Assembly: GCA_035478495.1 (NCBI GenBank)
Contig: DATIJP010000064.1
Coordinates: forward strand, 5,385 to 69,384
DNA from: Rhabdochlamydiaceae bacterium
GTDB taxonomy: Bacteria; Chlamydiota; Chlamydiia; Chlamydiales; Rhabdochlamydiaceae
DNA: 64,000 nt
Direction: 5' to 3'
Part shown: positions 9,898 through 19,920 of the stretch, piece after piece
How the letters are laid out: each line of letters starts with the position of its first letter
Numbering within the stretch: the first letter of the stretch is position 1
Translations under genes and position numbers: made by a program
The notes under the pieces: model-generated
Database searches by the model: none
What the model was told of the DNA's origin: nothing
Seen by the model: only the letters and a program-made list of their open reading frames with translations

Positions 9898-11724
9898 CTA
9901 CAATTTTAAAGGCAGCTTTGTTCTTTTGCGATGATAGAGATACCAAGCTCCAAAGCAGATTGCTGCGACTCCCCAAACCACCATTCTAGGGAATACAAAT
10001 GTTGCGTAAGGCGCTTGATTTGGATGGCCAAAACGACTGCCTGGCGGCCAGAAAATAAAATAGGGACCGCCACGGATATTGTCTTGCGGGACAAATCCAA
10101 AATCGCGGCTATCAGAGCTATTCGCATAATTATCGCCAAGCGCCAGATAAGATTTTTCGGGAATTTTCAATCCATATTTTTTGATTTTTTCTAAATCCGG
10201 TTCGCCTTCATCTAGAAAAGGGGTTGAACCCTTCGTTTCACTCTCGATAAACGAGGCAAGAGCAGGGTCGTTTTTGAATAAAAGAGGCGCTCCCATAACA
10301 TAAAGATCGCCGCCCCGGAAATAGCTATACCGCGAAGTGATAAAAAGCTCGCCGCTAAAATCAGAAAAATAGCGGGGCTCAAAATCAATTCCGAAATTAA
10401 ATAAAAATTGCAGTCTATCAAGGCTAAATTGATAAAGAGGATGATCACTTGGAACTTCTTTTGACACCCCATCAAAGGGTAGCTCGTAGGCTTTTCCATA
10501 GTAAAACTCGTAAGTGCCATCAGGAACACCCGCAAGCGGCGAACCAGCCCCACCCTCTTGATTTAATCGATGAGAATAAGCCACGCCATTTTTCACGTGA
10601 AAGCGTGAAGTATAAAGATGAGAAAATAGCCTCTTTAGATGCTCTTCATTTAATGGAATAAATGAAGTGCTTAGCTTAAAACTGGGCCTGATTCTTCCAT
10701 AAGGATCTTTGCCGAGCTTCAATGCTTTAAGCGAAGGATGATGCTTTAATTCCAGATAGGCTAAAGCCTCTTCAGCAGGGAGCTGCTCCTTGCTATAAAA
10801 AGTTTTAATCTGTTCCTTGGTGAGCAGTCTTGTGGTCGCATAATTCTTAATTCCCCAAAGATCTCCAAAATCTTCTACTTGATAAGACGACGGGGCAATT
10901 GTTGTATGAGGCAACATTTCGCCTGCAAAACGGGAATCGCCAAGCATGCGCAAACGTGCAATGGGTTGGTTCATTTGATAAATCGTAGCGCTGCGGTAAA
11001 GAGTTCCATTTGGAAGCGCAAGTGGATCGGAAAGCTCTGTATTTCCATCGAAGCGAATGAATGGGATATGGTCGATTTGAGATAGCCGCTCTGGTTGCAG
11101 CTCAGCTGAGATCATATGGCCCTCTTTGTCGATCCCATAAATATTGCCACCATAAAAATAGAGAATATCGCCTGCCTTTCCTAAAAGACGTTTGACAAAC
11201 TGTTTTTTTCCTGGAAATAGATAAAAATAGAGAGTATCGGGATCGCGCACGTCCATATTCTCAACAGTAAATACAAAAGTTCCTGCACGTTTCAAAAGCT
11301 CCGGATCAAAATAAAAATGGCCGGGAGTAAAAGGGAAATTGATCCCGAAATCGGTTTTTGAAACGACAAGACGATCTTTTTCTTTAAAAGTTGGCCGCAT
11401 AGAGCCGGAGGGAATTTCATAAAGCTCAAACCAGGTCTGCCGAATGAGGAGTGCCACGATAAGTGCAAATGCAAGAGCGAGAACTAGGTCTCTTACATTT
11501 TCAAAGGGACCTTTTTTAAGATAAGTACGGCAAAAGCGCTCGCATTTTTTGGCCTCTTCAGAGGCTTTTTCGCGGTTTTTTTCCATGATTGCAAGCTGCA
11601 ATGCATTCAATGTCTGTTCCATCTCGTTGACTTCATGAGCAGGGAGCTTTTTTCGCTTACGTTTGAAAAGCTCGTAGGTGTGAAATAAAATTTTTTTAGA
11701 TTTTCTTAGAAAATATGTGCGCAT
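9898..11724 (-). CDS. lepB: Signal peptidase I (long chlamydial-type LepB)
   Basis: S26 motifs are present: SGSMRPTF (catalytic Ser box) and GDNYANSSDSRDFGFVP. The ORF track starts at a TTG (11733). The first ATG is at 11724 (MRTYFLRK...), which I prefer. Confidence 0.85.
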   Translation of the reverse strand: MRTYFLRKSKKILFHTYELFKRKRKKLPAHEVNEMEQTLNALQLAIMEKNREKASEEAKKCERFCRTYLKKGPFENVRDLVLALAFALIVALLIRQTWFELYEIPSGSMRPTFKEKDRLVVSKTDFGINFPFTPGHFYFDPELLKRAGTFVFTVENMDVRDPDTLYFYLFPGKKQFVKRLLGKAGDILYFYGGNIYGIDKEGHMISAELQPERLSQIDHIPFIRFDGNTELSDPLALPNGTLYRSATIYQMNQPIARLRMLGDSRFAGEMLPHTTIAPSSYQVEDFGDLWGIKNYATTRLLTKEQIKTFYSKEQLPAEEALAYLELKHHPSLKALKLGKDPYGRIRPSFKLSTSFIPLNEEHLKRLFSHLYTSRFHVKNGVAYSHRLNQEGGAGSPLAGVPDGTYEFYYGKAYELPFDGVSKEVPSDHPLYQFSLDRLQFLFNFGIDFEPRYFSDFSGELFITSRYSYFRGGDLYVMGAPLLFKNDPALASFIESETKGSTPFLDEGEPDLEKIKKYGLKIPEKSYLALGDNYANSSDSRDFGFVPQDNIRGGPYFIFWPPGSRFGHPNQAPYATFVFPRMVVWGVAAICFGAWYLYHRKRTKLPLKL

Positions 11725-11786
11725 AGCATACAATTTGAAAAGATTCCGCTTATTTTCTATAATTCTCTCTTAAAAGAAAACAAGTA

Positions 11787-12671
11787 ATGAAAAAATCAGA
11801 AGAATTACTCATTGGCGCTCATACCTCAATAGCCGGAGGAGTGTATAAGGCTCTTTTGCAAGGAAAAGAGATTGGCGCGACTACAATTCAACTTTTTACT
11901 AGCAACCAGCGTCAATGGAAAGGACATCATTTGACGAGCGAGGAGATTGATCTTTGGAATGCAACCCTCAAAGAAACTGGCCTTAAAGAGCTCATGAGCC
12001 ATGCCAGCTATCTGATCAATTTAGGCTCTCACAATGGGGAGCTGCTCCATAAAAGCCAGGAAGCTTTTAAAGAAGAACTGGTCCGCTGCCATAAATTAGA
12101 TATTGCTTTTTTAAATTTTCATCCTGGAAGCGCCACCGGCTGGACGGAAGAGGAATGCCTAAACCAAATTGTGGCTAGTTTAAAAAAATTTGAACCCCTT
12201 TGCGAAAAGGGAAAGACCCGTCTACTTCTTGAAACAACGGCCGGGCAAGGAAGTTCAATTGGCCATCGTTTTGAACATTTAGCCTATATCCTTGAACATG
12301 TGGACAAAAAAATTCCTATTGGAGTCTGCATTGATACTTGCCATCTTTTTTCAGCGGGATATGATCTCCGCTCGAAAGAGGCTTGGGAAGAAACGTTGAA
12401 AGAATTTGACCGTATCATTGGGATTAAAAAGCTCTATGCTTTCCATCTCAATGATTCATTAAAACCATTTGCTGCAAGGAAAGACCGCCACGCACATCTA
12501 GGCGAAGGCTTGATCGGGCTAGAATGTTTTAAATTTGTGATGGCCCATCCAAAACTGCGTGAAATTCCCAAATATTTGGAAACTCCGCGTGGTCTTGTGG
12601 ATTGGAAAAGAGAGATTCAATTATTAAGGGAATTTTCGAATGAAGAACACACTGTCTTTGCCACGCACTAA
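11787..12671 (+). CDS. nfo: Endonuclease IV (AP endonuclease, TIM-barrel)
   Basis: 294 aa with IGAHTSIAGG, NFHPGS and HLNDSLKPFAARKDRHAHLGEGLIG, which are Nfo metal-ligand motifs. Confidence 0.9.
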   Translation: MKKSEELLIGAHTSIAGGVYKALLQGKEIGATTIQLFTSNQRQWKGHHLTSEEIDLWNATLKETGLKELMSHASYLINLGSHNGELLHKSQEAFKEELVRCHKLDIAFLNFHPGSATGWTEEECLNQIVASLKKFEPLCEKGKTRLLLETTAGQGSSIGHRFEHLAYILEHVDKKIPIGVCIDTCHLFSAGYDLRSKEAWEETLKEFDRIIGIKKLYAFHLNDSLKPFAARKDRHAHLGEGLIGLECFKFVMAHPKLREIPKYLETPRGLVDWKREIQLLREFSNEEHTVFATH

Positions 12672-14046
12672 AATCCATTCTCTTGACCCTTCCCAAATAG
12701 GCAAGGAATTATGGGTCTGCGGTTGGATACGCTCTGTCCGCAATCAGAAAACCTTTACATTTATTGAGCTTAATGATGGCTCTTCGCTTTCTAGTCTTCA
12801 AGTAGTCGCAGAAGAATCTCTCCACAATTACAAAGAGATCTTGCCTTTGCTTTCTACTGGCGCTGCAGTAGGTATCCAAGGAATTTTGGTCGAAAGCCCG
12901 GGACATAAACAAAAGTGGGAGCTAAAGGCCACTGCAATCACAATTTTTGGAACCTGTCCTGCTGAAGAGTATCCCTTACAGAAAAAAAGACATACGTTTG
13001 AATTTTTGCGCTCAATTGCCCATTTGCGCCCACGCACCAATACACAAGGCGCAGTGGCAAGAGTGCGCAGCAGAATTTCTTATAATACGCATCGTTTTTT
13101 CACTGATCGAGACTTTATTTTTATTCCTACCCCGCTCATCACCACTTCAGATACAGAGGGAGGCGGTAAACAATTTAGAGTCACAACACTTGATTTGGAC
13201 AAACTTCCAAAAAATTCCGATGGAACCTGCGATTTCACCAAGGATTTTTTCCATAAGCCCGCTTATTTGACAGTCTCAGGACAGCTTAATGGAGAGGCCT
13301 ATGCCTGTGCCCTATCGGATATTTATACTTTTGGTCCTACTTTCCGCGCAGAGCTTTCCTACACCCCGAAACATCTTGCGGAATTTTGGATGATTGAGCC
13401 TGAGATGGCCTTCACTGATCTTGCCGGCAATATCAAAGTGATTGAAGATTACATCAAATTTGTGATCGATGACATTTTGAACACCTGCAGCGAAGATATG
13501 GAATTTTTTGATCAATTCATCGAACAAGGGCTGTTGCAGCGTCTGCAAGTGGTCTTAAACTCTCCTTTTGCACAGATCACCTACACAGAGGCCATTGATA
13601 TCCTAACTCAATCAGGTCGCACATTTGAATATCCCGTTCAATGGGGAATGGACCTCCAAACAGAACATGAGCGCTATCTCGCCGAAGAATATTGTAAGAA
13701 ACCGGTGTTCCTGACCAATTATCCAGAAAAAATCAAAGCATTTTACATGCGCGCAAATGACGATGGTAAAACAGTTGCCGCAGTCGATCTTCTTGTACCT
13801 AAAATTGGAGAATTGGTCGGTGGCAGCCAGCGTGAAGATAGATTAGATAGGCTTGAGAGAAAGATTATTGATTTTGGACTGAAACCCGATGACTATTGGT
13901 GGTATAACCAGCTTAGAAAATATGGCACTGTTCCTCATAGTGGATTTGGCGTTGGTTTCGAAAGATTTTTGCTCTTTGCTATGGGAATGGAAAATATCCG
14001 CGATGTGATCCCTTTCCCACGATATCCTGGTCACTCCGAATTTTAA
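12640..14046 (+). CDS. asnS: Asparagine--tRNA ligase
   Basis: 468 aa with an N-terminal OB fold (VCGWIRSVRNQKTFTFIELNDGSS) and class II motifs FRAELSYTPKHLAEFWMIEPEMAF and GFGVGFERF. It overlaps the nfo 3' end by 32 nt. Confidence 0.9.
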   Translation: MKNTLSLPRTKIHSLDPSQIGKELWVCGWIRSVRNQKTFTFIELNDGSSLSSLQVVAEESLHNYKEILPLLSTGAAVGIQGILVESPGHKQKWELKATAITIFGTCPAEEYPLQKKRHTFEFLRSIAHLRPRTNTQGAVARVRSRISYNTHRFFTDRDFIFIPTPLITTSDTEGGGKQFRVTTLDLDKLPKNSDGTCDFTKDFFHKPAYLTVSGQLNGEAYACALSDIYTFGPTFRAELSYTPKHLAEFWMIEPEMAFTDLAGNIKVIEDYIKFVIDDILNTCSEDMEFFDQFIEQGLLQRLQVVLNSPFAQITYTEAIDILTQSGRTFEYPVQWGMDLQTEHERYLAEEYCKKPVFLTNYPEKIKAFYMRANDDGKTVAAVDLLVPKIGELVGGSQREDRLDRLERKIIDFGLKPDDYWWYNQLRKYGTVPHSGFGVGFERFLLFAMGMENIRDVIPFPRYPGHSEF

Positions 14047-14054
14047 TTCCCCCA

Positions 14055-14141
14055 GTTATTTCTTCCTCTGTGGTCTCTGTGATCTCTGTGGTTAAAATTT
14101 CTTTTTTTATTTCACCACAGAGGGCACAGAGAGCACAGAGA
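14055..14141. repeat. Family C intergenic repeat, copy C3 (compact palindrome)
   Basis: TTATTTCTTCCTCTGTGGTCTCTGTGATCTCTGTGGTTAAAATTTCTTTTTTTATTTCACCACAGAGGGCACAGAGAGCACAGAG lies between the convergent asnS and purN genes. It is a plausible bidirectional terminator-like hairpin. Confidence 0.8.
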
Positions 14142-14155
14142 AAACAAATCCTGAA

Positions 14156-14851
14156 TTAATGAGATATATGCACTTTATTATCGCTATCTATTGCGATGCG
14201 ACCTTCCGCAATCATTTTAATGGCAGTCAAACAGGCAGGTAGGTCGCTTTGCACCTTCTGCTTTGCTTGATGCAATAAGGCCTTTTGTTTTGTAAGAGGA
14301 TATCCTTCTGTATAATCCACTGAAGGTCCTGTGACAAGGATGGGCCCATTATCTACCCCTTCATCGACTAAAAACACACAAGATGAGGTTTTGGTCTCAC
14401 CTGCTTGAAGCGCAAGATAAACGCTATCGGCCCCGATATATTTTCTTTTTCCTTCCCCGTCAAGAATGGTTAAATCTGCGGGATGCACATTGATGATATT
14501 AAAATGGGACAAAAGCGGCGCTTTAACGAGCCTCATGTAGCCTGCAAGGAGAATCAGATCAATGGAAAATTGGTGCAGAGCCGCACATTCTAAAAGCAAT
14601 CTTACTGCCTCTTCATCATATTCTAGACGAATTTCAGCAGCAGATTTTTTTTCTAATCCTTTTAAGGCAACAAAACGTTGAAAGGAGTGGTCGATGACCG
14701 GAATTTTTTCTAAATGCCCGAGATCTTGAAAGCGACAAGGGCGATCGGATAAAAGGGCTTTGATTTCAAAACAGCCAGGATTTTTTTTTCTCTCTTCTAA
14801 AAGAGCTTCTAAATTACTTCCATGTCCAGAACCAAACACCACAAGATGCAT
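14156..14851 (-). CDS. purN: Phosphoribosylglycinamide formyltransferase
   Basis: Motifs MHLVVFGSGHGSNLEALL, INVHPADL and VFLVDEGVDNGPILV are present. The ORF track extends to 14965, but that start overlaps purD by 83 nt. The homology-consistent start is the ATG at 14851, and 14914 is an alternative. Confidence 0.8.
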   Translation of the reverse strand: MHLVVFGSGHGSNLEALLEERKKNPGCFEIKALLSDRPCRFQDLGHLEKIPVIDHSFQRFVALKGLEKKSAAEIRLEYDEEAVRLLLECAALHQFSIDLILLAGYMRLVKAPLLSHFNIINVHPADLTILDGEGKRKYIGADSVYLALQAGETKTSSCVFLVDEGVDNGPILVTGPSVDYTEGYPLTKQKALLHQAKQKVQSDLPACLTAIKMIAEGRIAIDSDNKVHISH

Positions 14852-14882
14852 CGGGCGATCTTGTTTTGGAGTATAGAGAGGC

Positions 14883-16139
14883 TTAAATGTTGCTAAATTG
14901 ATTGGCGATGTCATGGCGAAAATGGGCTTTTGAAAAATGGATTGATTGAGTAGCCAAATAGGCATGATGAGTGGCCTCTTTTAGAGTAGCGCCGAGTCCG
15001 GTCACTCCAAGAACTCTCCCTCCTGCTGTCATCAGTTCTCCTTTGGTATTTCGTCCTGTCCCTGCATGAAAAATTAAGGTGTTGGGAAAGTTTTTTGCCT
15101 CATCTAATCCTGTGATGATTTCGCCTGTTGTATAATTTCCCGGATACCCTCCTGAGGCCATCACGACGCAGCAAGAAGATAATTGTTTCCAAGAAAGTTT
15201 TTGGGAAGAGAGCTCTTTTTTAGTACAGGCATACATAATTTGACCGAGATCGTTTTCTAATAAAGGCAGCACTGCTTGGGCTTCTGGATCACCAAAACGG
15301 CAGTTGTATTCCAGTAGCATCGGCCCCTTTTGTGTTAACATGAGTCCGAAAAAAAGAATGCCGCAATAGTCAATTCCCTCTTTGCGTAATCCCTCTTTGG
15401 TGCGCTCTAAGATTAACTCCTGGATCTTTTCCATTTCGGAGGAGGTCACAAATGCAGCAGGGGCATAAGCACCCATGCCTCCTGTATTAGGCCCTTGATC
15501 CTGATTGTAAACCTTTTTATGGTCTTGCGAAGGAAGCATAGGAAGAATCTCTTTTCCATCACAAAATGCAAGCAGCGAGATCTCTTTTCCTTGCAAAAGC
15601 TCCTCTAGGACCATTTCTTCCTCTTTGCCCTCCAGCGCTTCTTTTGCCTCTTCTATTGTCTGACAGCTCGTCACCCCTTTGCCTTGTGCAAGTCCGCTAA
15701 CTTTAACAACTATTCCCTTCCACCTGTCAAAATAAGGCGCGCAACTCAAAGAAGCCTCTTTTCTTGTTTTAAAAGTTGCAAAAGAGGCGGTAGGAATCCC
15801 ATATTTGTTCATAAATTGTTTTGCAAAGGCTTTACTGCTTTCAAGTAAGGCCCCTTCTCTAGTGGGGCCAAAAAAAGGAATCCCCGCTTCTTTAAAGGCA
15901 TCTCCCATGCCGCCTGCAAGGAAAATCTCTGGCCCAGCGCACGCCATATCGATCCCGTTTTTTTTGACAAAGTCGATGAGCGCCAAAAAATCAAAGGGAT
16001 TGATAGATGGAGATATTTTTTCACAAAATTCTTCTGTGCCAGGATTACCCGGAATACAATAAACACTATGTCCGGATTGAGATAAGGAGTATGCGATCGC
16101 ATGCTCTCTTCCCCCTGATCCTATGAGCAAAATTTTCAT
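14883..16139 (-). CDS. purD: Phosphoribosylamine--glycine ligase
   Basis: 418 aa with MKILLIGSGGREHAIA, ATP-grasp core and GGMGAYAPA. Confidence 0.9.
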   Translation of the reverse strand: MKILLIGSGGREHAIAYSLSQSGHSVYCIPGNPGTEEFCEKISPSINPFDFLALIDFVKKNGIDMACAGPEIFLAGGMGDAFKEAGIPFFGPTREGALLESSKAFAKQFMNKYGIPTASFATFKTRKEASLSCAPYFDRWKGIVVKVSGLAQGKGVTSCQTIEEAKEALEGKEEEMVLEELLQGKEISLLAFCDGKEILPMLPSQDHKKVYNQDQGPNTGGMGAYAPAAFVTSSEMEKIQELILERTKEGLRKEGIDYCGILFFGLMLTQKGPMLLEYNCRFGDPEAQAVLPLLENDLGQIMYACTKKELSSQKLSWKQLSSCCVVMASGGYPGNYTTGEIITGLDEAKNFPNTLIFHAGTGRNTKGELMTAGGRVLGVTGLGATLKEATHHAYLATQSIHFSKAHFRHDIANQFSNI

Positions 16140-16152
16140 GTCTAATGTTCCC

Positions 16153-17472
16153 CTAATGGTCCATGCTTTTCAAAATTCTGGCAGCAGCTAGAGCGGCATT
16201 GGCAGGATCGATGACAGTCATGGAAGGCACTTTGCTTGGCATTTGCAAAGTGGAATGAATATTTACAAGATAATCACTGTAATCTTTAAAAGGAGGACAT
16301 GCGATCACCGGCCATTTAAGATTTGCAGCTAAAACTCCCGAAAGGGCATTGCTCCTTCCAGCAACTGTGATACATACTAAAGATTCTAAACTTTCATTGT
16401 ATTCGGTAATCAGCTCGAGTGTTTTGCGCGGATCTTTATGGGCAGAAGCATAGACAATAGAAAGTGGAATTTGTTGCTCTTGAAGAGTAGCTACGATCTT
16501 ATCCACATGGGGTTTATCACTTTCACTTCCTGCCCAAATGAGAGCAAATACTCCCTGAATCATCTTGGCCTGTTTTAGATTTGCAATCAGCCGCTTGGAA
16601 ATAGTAGCTGAAGCCGGTTCCAATTTTTGACCAGTGATTGCTTCATAAAGCGAAACATAGCCTGCTCGAACTTTCTCTATAATTTCTGGAGGCAAACTAG
16701 GAATGACTCCACTTCCAGTAAAACCTTGAGAGCGCAACCATTCTCTTAAAAATTCTTTATCGGGAAACTTGACCTCTTTGCGATCGTAATCATCTTGGAA
16801 CCAAAATCTAGATGAATCGGGCGTATGGATCTCATCGATTAAAAGAATTTCTCCATTGGGAGCGATTCCAAATTCATATTTCGTATCCACTAAGATTAAT
16901 CCTTTGGATTTAAGAAGTTCACAACCCCTTTTATAAAGTTTTAAGGCGGCCTCTTTGATATAATTCCAAGTAGAAGCGCTCATTACCCCGGATGCGATGA
17001 GTTCTTCAGCCGTGATATCCTCATCATGTCCCTCTTCACTTTTTGTTGTGGGTGTGACAATGGGCTCTTTGAGTGGATCATTTTGTTTTAAACCTTCAGG
17101 CAGCGGCACACCGCATTTTACTCTTTTCCCTTTCTGATAATCACGCCACATTGAGCCCGCTAAAAATCCTCTTACGATAATTTCTGCTTTGATAGGTTGG
17201 CATCTTTTTGCCAAAAGAACATTTGGATCGGGATGATCAACCAAATGATTGGGAACGAGATCTTTTGTCTGTTCAAACCAGAAGAGCGAAAGCTTTGTTA
17301 ATATAGCCCCCTTGTCCTGAATTGGCTCCGGTAAAATGCGATCAAATACCGAAATCCGGTCACTAGCAACAAGCGCCAATTGATCTTTTAAAAAATAGAT
17401 ATCTCTTACTTTTCCTTTTGTAGGCCTTCCGAGTTCCGGAAGAAAAGTGTTTGGCAGTAGGTGCGTTTGCAT
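16153..17472 (-). CDS. purCE: Bifunctional SAICAR synthetase (N-terminal) / class II-like AIR carboxylase PurE (C-terminal); PAICS-like domain order
   Basis: 439 aa. The N-terminal half has GKVRDIYFLKDQLALVASDRISVFD and LVDTKYEFG (SAICAR synthetase). The C-terminal ~150 aa has AGSESD, ASAHKDP and VAGRSNALSGVLAANLKWPVIACPP. These match the metazoan PAICS/class II strings SAHKGP and VAGRSNGLGPV...PVISCPP, not class I SAHRTP and AGGAAHLPGM. An AGAGGA SD precedes the ATG. Confidence 0.8.
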   Translation of the reverse strand: MQTHLLPNTFLPELGRPTKGKVRDIYFLKDQLALVASDRISVFDRILPEPIQDKGAILTKLSLFWFEQTKDLVPNHLVDHPDPNVLLAKRCQPIKAEIIVRGFLAGSMWRDYQKGKRVKCGVPLPEGLKQNDPLKEPIVTPTTKSEEGHDEDITAEELIASGVMSASTWNYIKEAALKLYKRGCELLKSKGLILVDTKYEFGIAPNGEILLIDEIHTPDSSRFWFQDDYDRKEVKFPDKEFLREWLRSQGFTGSGVIPSLPPEIIEKVRAGYVSLYEAITGQKLEPASATISKRLIANLKQAKMIQGVFALIWAGSESDKPHVDKIVATLQEQQIPLSIVYASAHKDPRKTLELITEYNESLESLVCITVAGRSNALSGVLAANLKWPVIACPPFKDYSDYLVNIHSTLQMPSKVPSMTVIDPANAALAAARILKSMDH

Positions 17473-17495
17473 AGTTCCTCTTTTTTAAAAATTAA

Positions 17496-19142
17496 TTAAT
17501 GATAAAAATAACGTTGCCCTGTAAAGATCATACACATCTCTTGAGCGTCTGCTGCTTGAATGACGCTTAAATCATTGTTCGATCCTCCCGGTTGAATACA
17601 ATATTTAATCCCCTGCGATGCAGCGCTATTGATACTGTCCGCAAAGGGGAAAAAACCATCACTAGCTAATACACAGGTCGATAAATCTTTTTTCGGGTCA
17701 TAAGAAGCAACATTCAGATTTTCTGCACGCAGGTTATCGATCGTTTTAGGAAGTGCAAGCCTTTCAAGACAATCGATTCTATTAGGCTGTCCCGAACCTG
17801 ATCCTATCATCTGATAAGATCCCGGAGCATATTCTCTGACAATGGCAATGGCATTTGATTTTAGAAAATTTACAGCTAAAATTGCAAAACCAAACAGATT
17901 GAGTTGCTCAGGAAGAGGCGCTTTTTTGGTCATGATGCCCCTTGGGCTTGTTTCACTTGAAAGAGAAGGCATAAATAATTCTGCTAATGAACGGGTTGGG
18001 TTTTGTTTTCTTGTTTGGACCAACATTCCCCCACTAATGCTTTTAAAAATGAAAAGATCTTCTCTCTTTTTGCCAAGCTCTAGCAACCTTAAATTGGGTT
18101 TGACCTTTTCTGCCCACTGGATAAATGCGCTTTCAAATTTCGGGGCCACTATAACTTCGATAAATTTTTTAGTAAGAAAGGGGATGAGTTGGCTAGAACA
18201 TTCAAAAGAAAGCCCAATCACACTGCCAAAAGCAGATTTGGAATCACATTCCCAGGCTCTTTCTAATGCTTGCAGCTCATTTTGTCCTGTTGCATATCCG
18301 CAAAGGCTGCCATGCTTTACGATAGAAACACCATAATTGCTGCCTAAGGAAATAAGCTCTTGCGAAGAATAGTAGGCAAGCGTTGCATCTTCATAATTAT
18401 TAAAGGAGATCTGTTTACCGGAGAGAATTTTAGCTTGAGCAAGCCCTCCTGCATTTGCAAATTCATAGATCCATCCTTTTTGATCAGGGTTTTCACCATA
18501 ACGCAGCTCTTGTCCCTTATTAAGCTGAATAAAGTGCATTTTTTCACTTTTCATCCTCTTAGAAAGTTCACTTGCAAGCACCGATTCGTAAGCAGCGCTT
18601 AATTGAATCGCTTTTACAGCCAGAGATTTTCTTGTTTCCAGTGATAAAGAGCCTTCTAATGAAACCAGCTCTTTTAAAAGGGATTCATAATCACCCGGAT
18701 CAACAACTACAGCCACATCAGAAAAATTCTTACAAGCGCTTCTAAGAAGAGTAGATCCTCCAATATCTATCTTTTCGACCACATCTTCTAATCTGTTTTC
18801 AGGATTTAATGCGGCCTTTTCAAAATCATATAAGTTGCAGATGACAAGGTCGATTCCCTCTATCCCCAGTTTTTTAGCTTCCTCTTCATGAACTCCTCGA
18901 CGATAAAGAATTCCTCCCATAATTTTAGGATGCAAAGTTTTTACTCTTCCCCCAAAGCATTCGGGAGATTTTGTATAATCGCTAAGGAGGGTAAAAGGAA
19001 TTTCAAATTTTTTAAGTTCTTCAGCTGTTCCTCCTGAAGCAATCAAATTTATAGAGGGATTGATGGCCAAAAGTCCTTTAAGAAAAAAGCTCAAATGGGT
19101 TTTATCAGTCACGCTTACAAGGACTGTTTGGATTTTTTTCAT
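17496..19142 (-). CDS. purH: Bifunctional AICAR transformylase / IMP cyclohydrolase
   Basis: Motifs VLVSVTDKT, GGTAEEL, VKTLHPKIMGGIL and QPGGSNND are present. The ATG at 19142 (MKKIQ...) has an AAGAGG SD 6 nt upstream. The ORF track start at 19148 abuts that SD. Confidence 0.9.
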   Translation of the reverse strand: MKKIQTVLVSVTDKTHLSFFLKGLLAINPSINLIASGGTAEELKKFEIPFTLLSDYTKSPECFGGRVKTLHPKIMGGILYRRGVHEEEAKKLGIEGIDLVICNLYDFEKAALNPENRLEDVVEKIDIGGSTLLRSACKNFSDVAVVVDPGDYESLLKELVSLEGSLSLETRKSLAVKAIQLSAAYESVLASELSKRMKSEKMHFIQLNKGQELRYGENPDQKGWIYEFANAGGLAQAKILSGKQISFNNYEDATLAYYSSQELISLGSNYGVSIVKHGSLCGYATGQNELQALERAWECDSKSAFGSVIGLSFECSSQLIPFLTKKFIEVIVAPKFESAFIQWAEKVKPNLRLLELGKKREDLFIFKSISGGMLVQTRKQNPTRSLAELFMPSLSSETSPRGIMTKKAPLPEQLNLFGFAILAVNFLKSNAIAIVREYAPGSYQMIGSGSGQPNRIDCLERLALPKTIDNLRAENLNVASYDPKKDLSTCVLASDGFFPFADSINSAASQGIKYCIQPGGSNNDLSVIQAADAQEMCMIFTGQRYFYH

Positions 19143-19152
19143 TATCATCCTC

Positions 19153-19920
19153 TTAATTGAGTGCGTTTTTAAATAGAGATAGACTCTCCGCGTATATAGG
19201 AAGCTCTTTTTGCTGCAGCTTAAGCTGCTCTTTTTTTCGAATCCAATGGGGATCCTGTGTAAAAAAAATAGCTGCTTCCGGATGGGCCATCATCCCCAGA
19301 ATGCGGCCGGTGGGGTCGCAGATGCCAGCAATTGCCTCCGTAGAACCATTGGGATTTTCATGCTGATATCGCAAAACTACCTGCCCATTTTGAAACAAGG
19401 CTTTAATGACCTGATCATTTTGAGCAACAAATTTTCCTTCTCCATGGCGGATCGGTAGATAAAGCGCCTGAAGATTTTGAGTAAAAAGACAGCGCGAAGG
19501 AAGCACCTCATGATCGATCCAGCGGCATTCGAAATGAGCGGAATTGTTAAAAGCTAAGGAGACAGATTGGTTTAAATGGGACTCTAAAGAAGGAAGAAGC
19601 CCTAATTTAACAAGCAGTTGAAAGCCATTGCAGATTCCTAGAATCATTCCTCCACCGGCAACAAAAGAAAAAAGATGATCGCGCAAGCTACAGGCGTGAT
19701 GTGAAAGGCGATTAGCAAGTGCTTTGCCAGCACCCATTTCATCACCAAATGTAAAGCCGCCCGGAAATACAATCAGTTTAAATCTAGACCAATCAAAGCC
19801 GGGGTCAAATAAGCACTTAATGTGCATCGAAGTGACCTTTGCACCTGCACTTTGACAGGCCACCTCCATCTCTCGGTTGCAATTTATTCCATATCCCTCA
19901 AGGACGAGTGCCTCTTTCAT
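19153..19920 (-). CDS. purQ: FGAM synthase, glutamine amidotransferase subunit
   Basis: Triad motifs are present: GICNGFQLL (Cys) and MMAHPE (His/Glu). The start is most likely the ATG at 19920 (MKEALVLEGYGINCNREM), not the ORF-track start at 19941. Confidence 0.85.
   Translation of the reverse strand: MKEALVLEGYGINCNREMEVACQSAGAKVTSMHIKCLFDPGFDWSRFKLIVFPGGFTFGDEMGAGKALANRLSHHACSLRDHLFSFVAGGGMILGICNGFQLLVKLGLLPSLESHLNQSVSLAFNNSAHFECRWIDHEVLPSRCLFTQNLQALYLPIRHGEGKFVAQNDQVIKALFQNGQVVLRYQHENPNGSTEAIAGICDPTGRILGMMAHPEAAIFFTQDPHWIRKKEQLKLQQKELPIYAESLSLFKNALN

Noticed and set aside
12640-12671. 32-nt same-strand overlap between nfo and asnS as a possible mis-annotation or frameshift
   Set aside because: The asnS ATG at 12640 is the only canonical start upstream of the conserved OB-fold. 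nfo also reads through to a normal C-terminus, so the overlap appears genuine.
3771-14141. Could the recurring CACAGAG-containing units be a CRISPR array?
   Set aside because: The copies are kilobases apart, in both orientations, of different lengths, and each is internally palindromic. There is no regular repeat-spacer periodicity and no cas genes.
17842-18336. 164-aa ORF antisense to purH, and similar long antisense ORFs at 30272..30670, 56437..57002, 57789..58172 and 60286..60675
   Set aside because: These are shadow ORFs opposite strongly supported, motif-rich genes, with low-complexity or atypical composition and no start signals.
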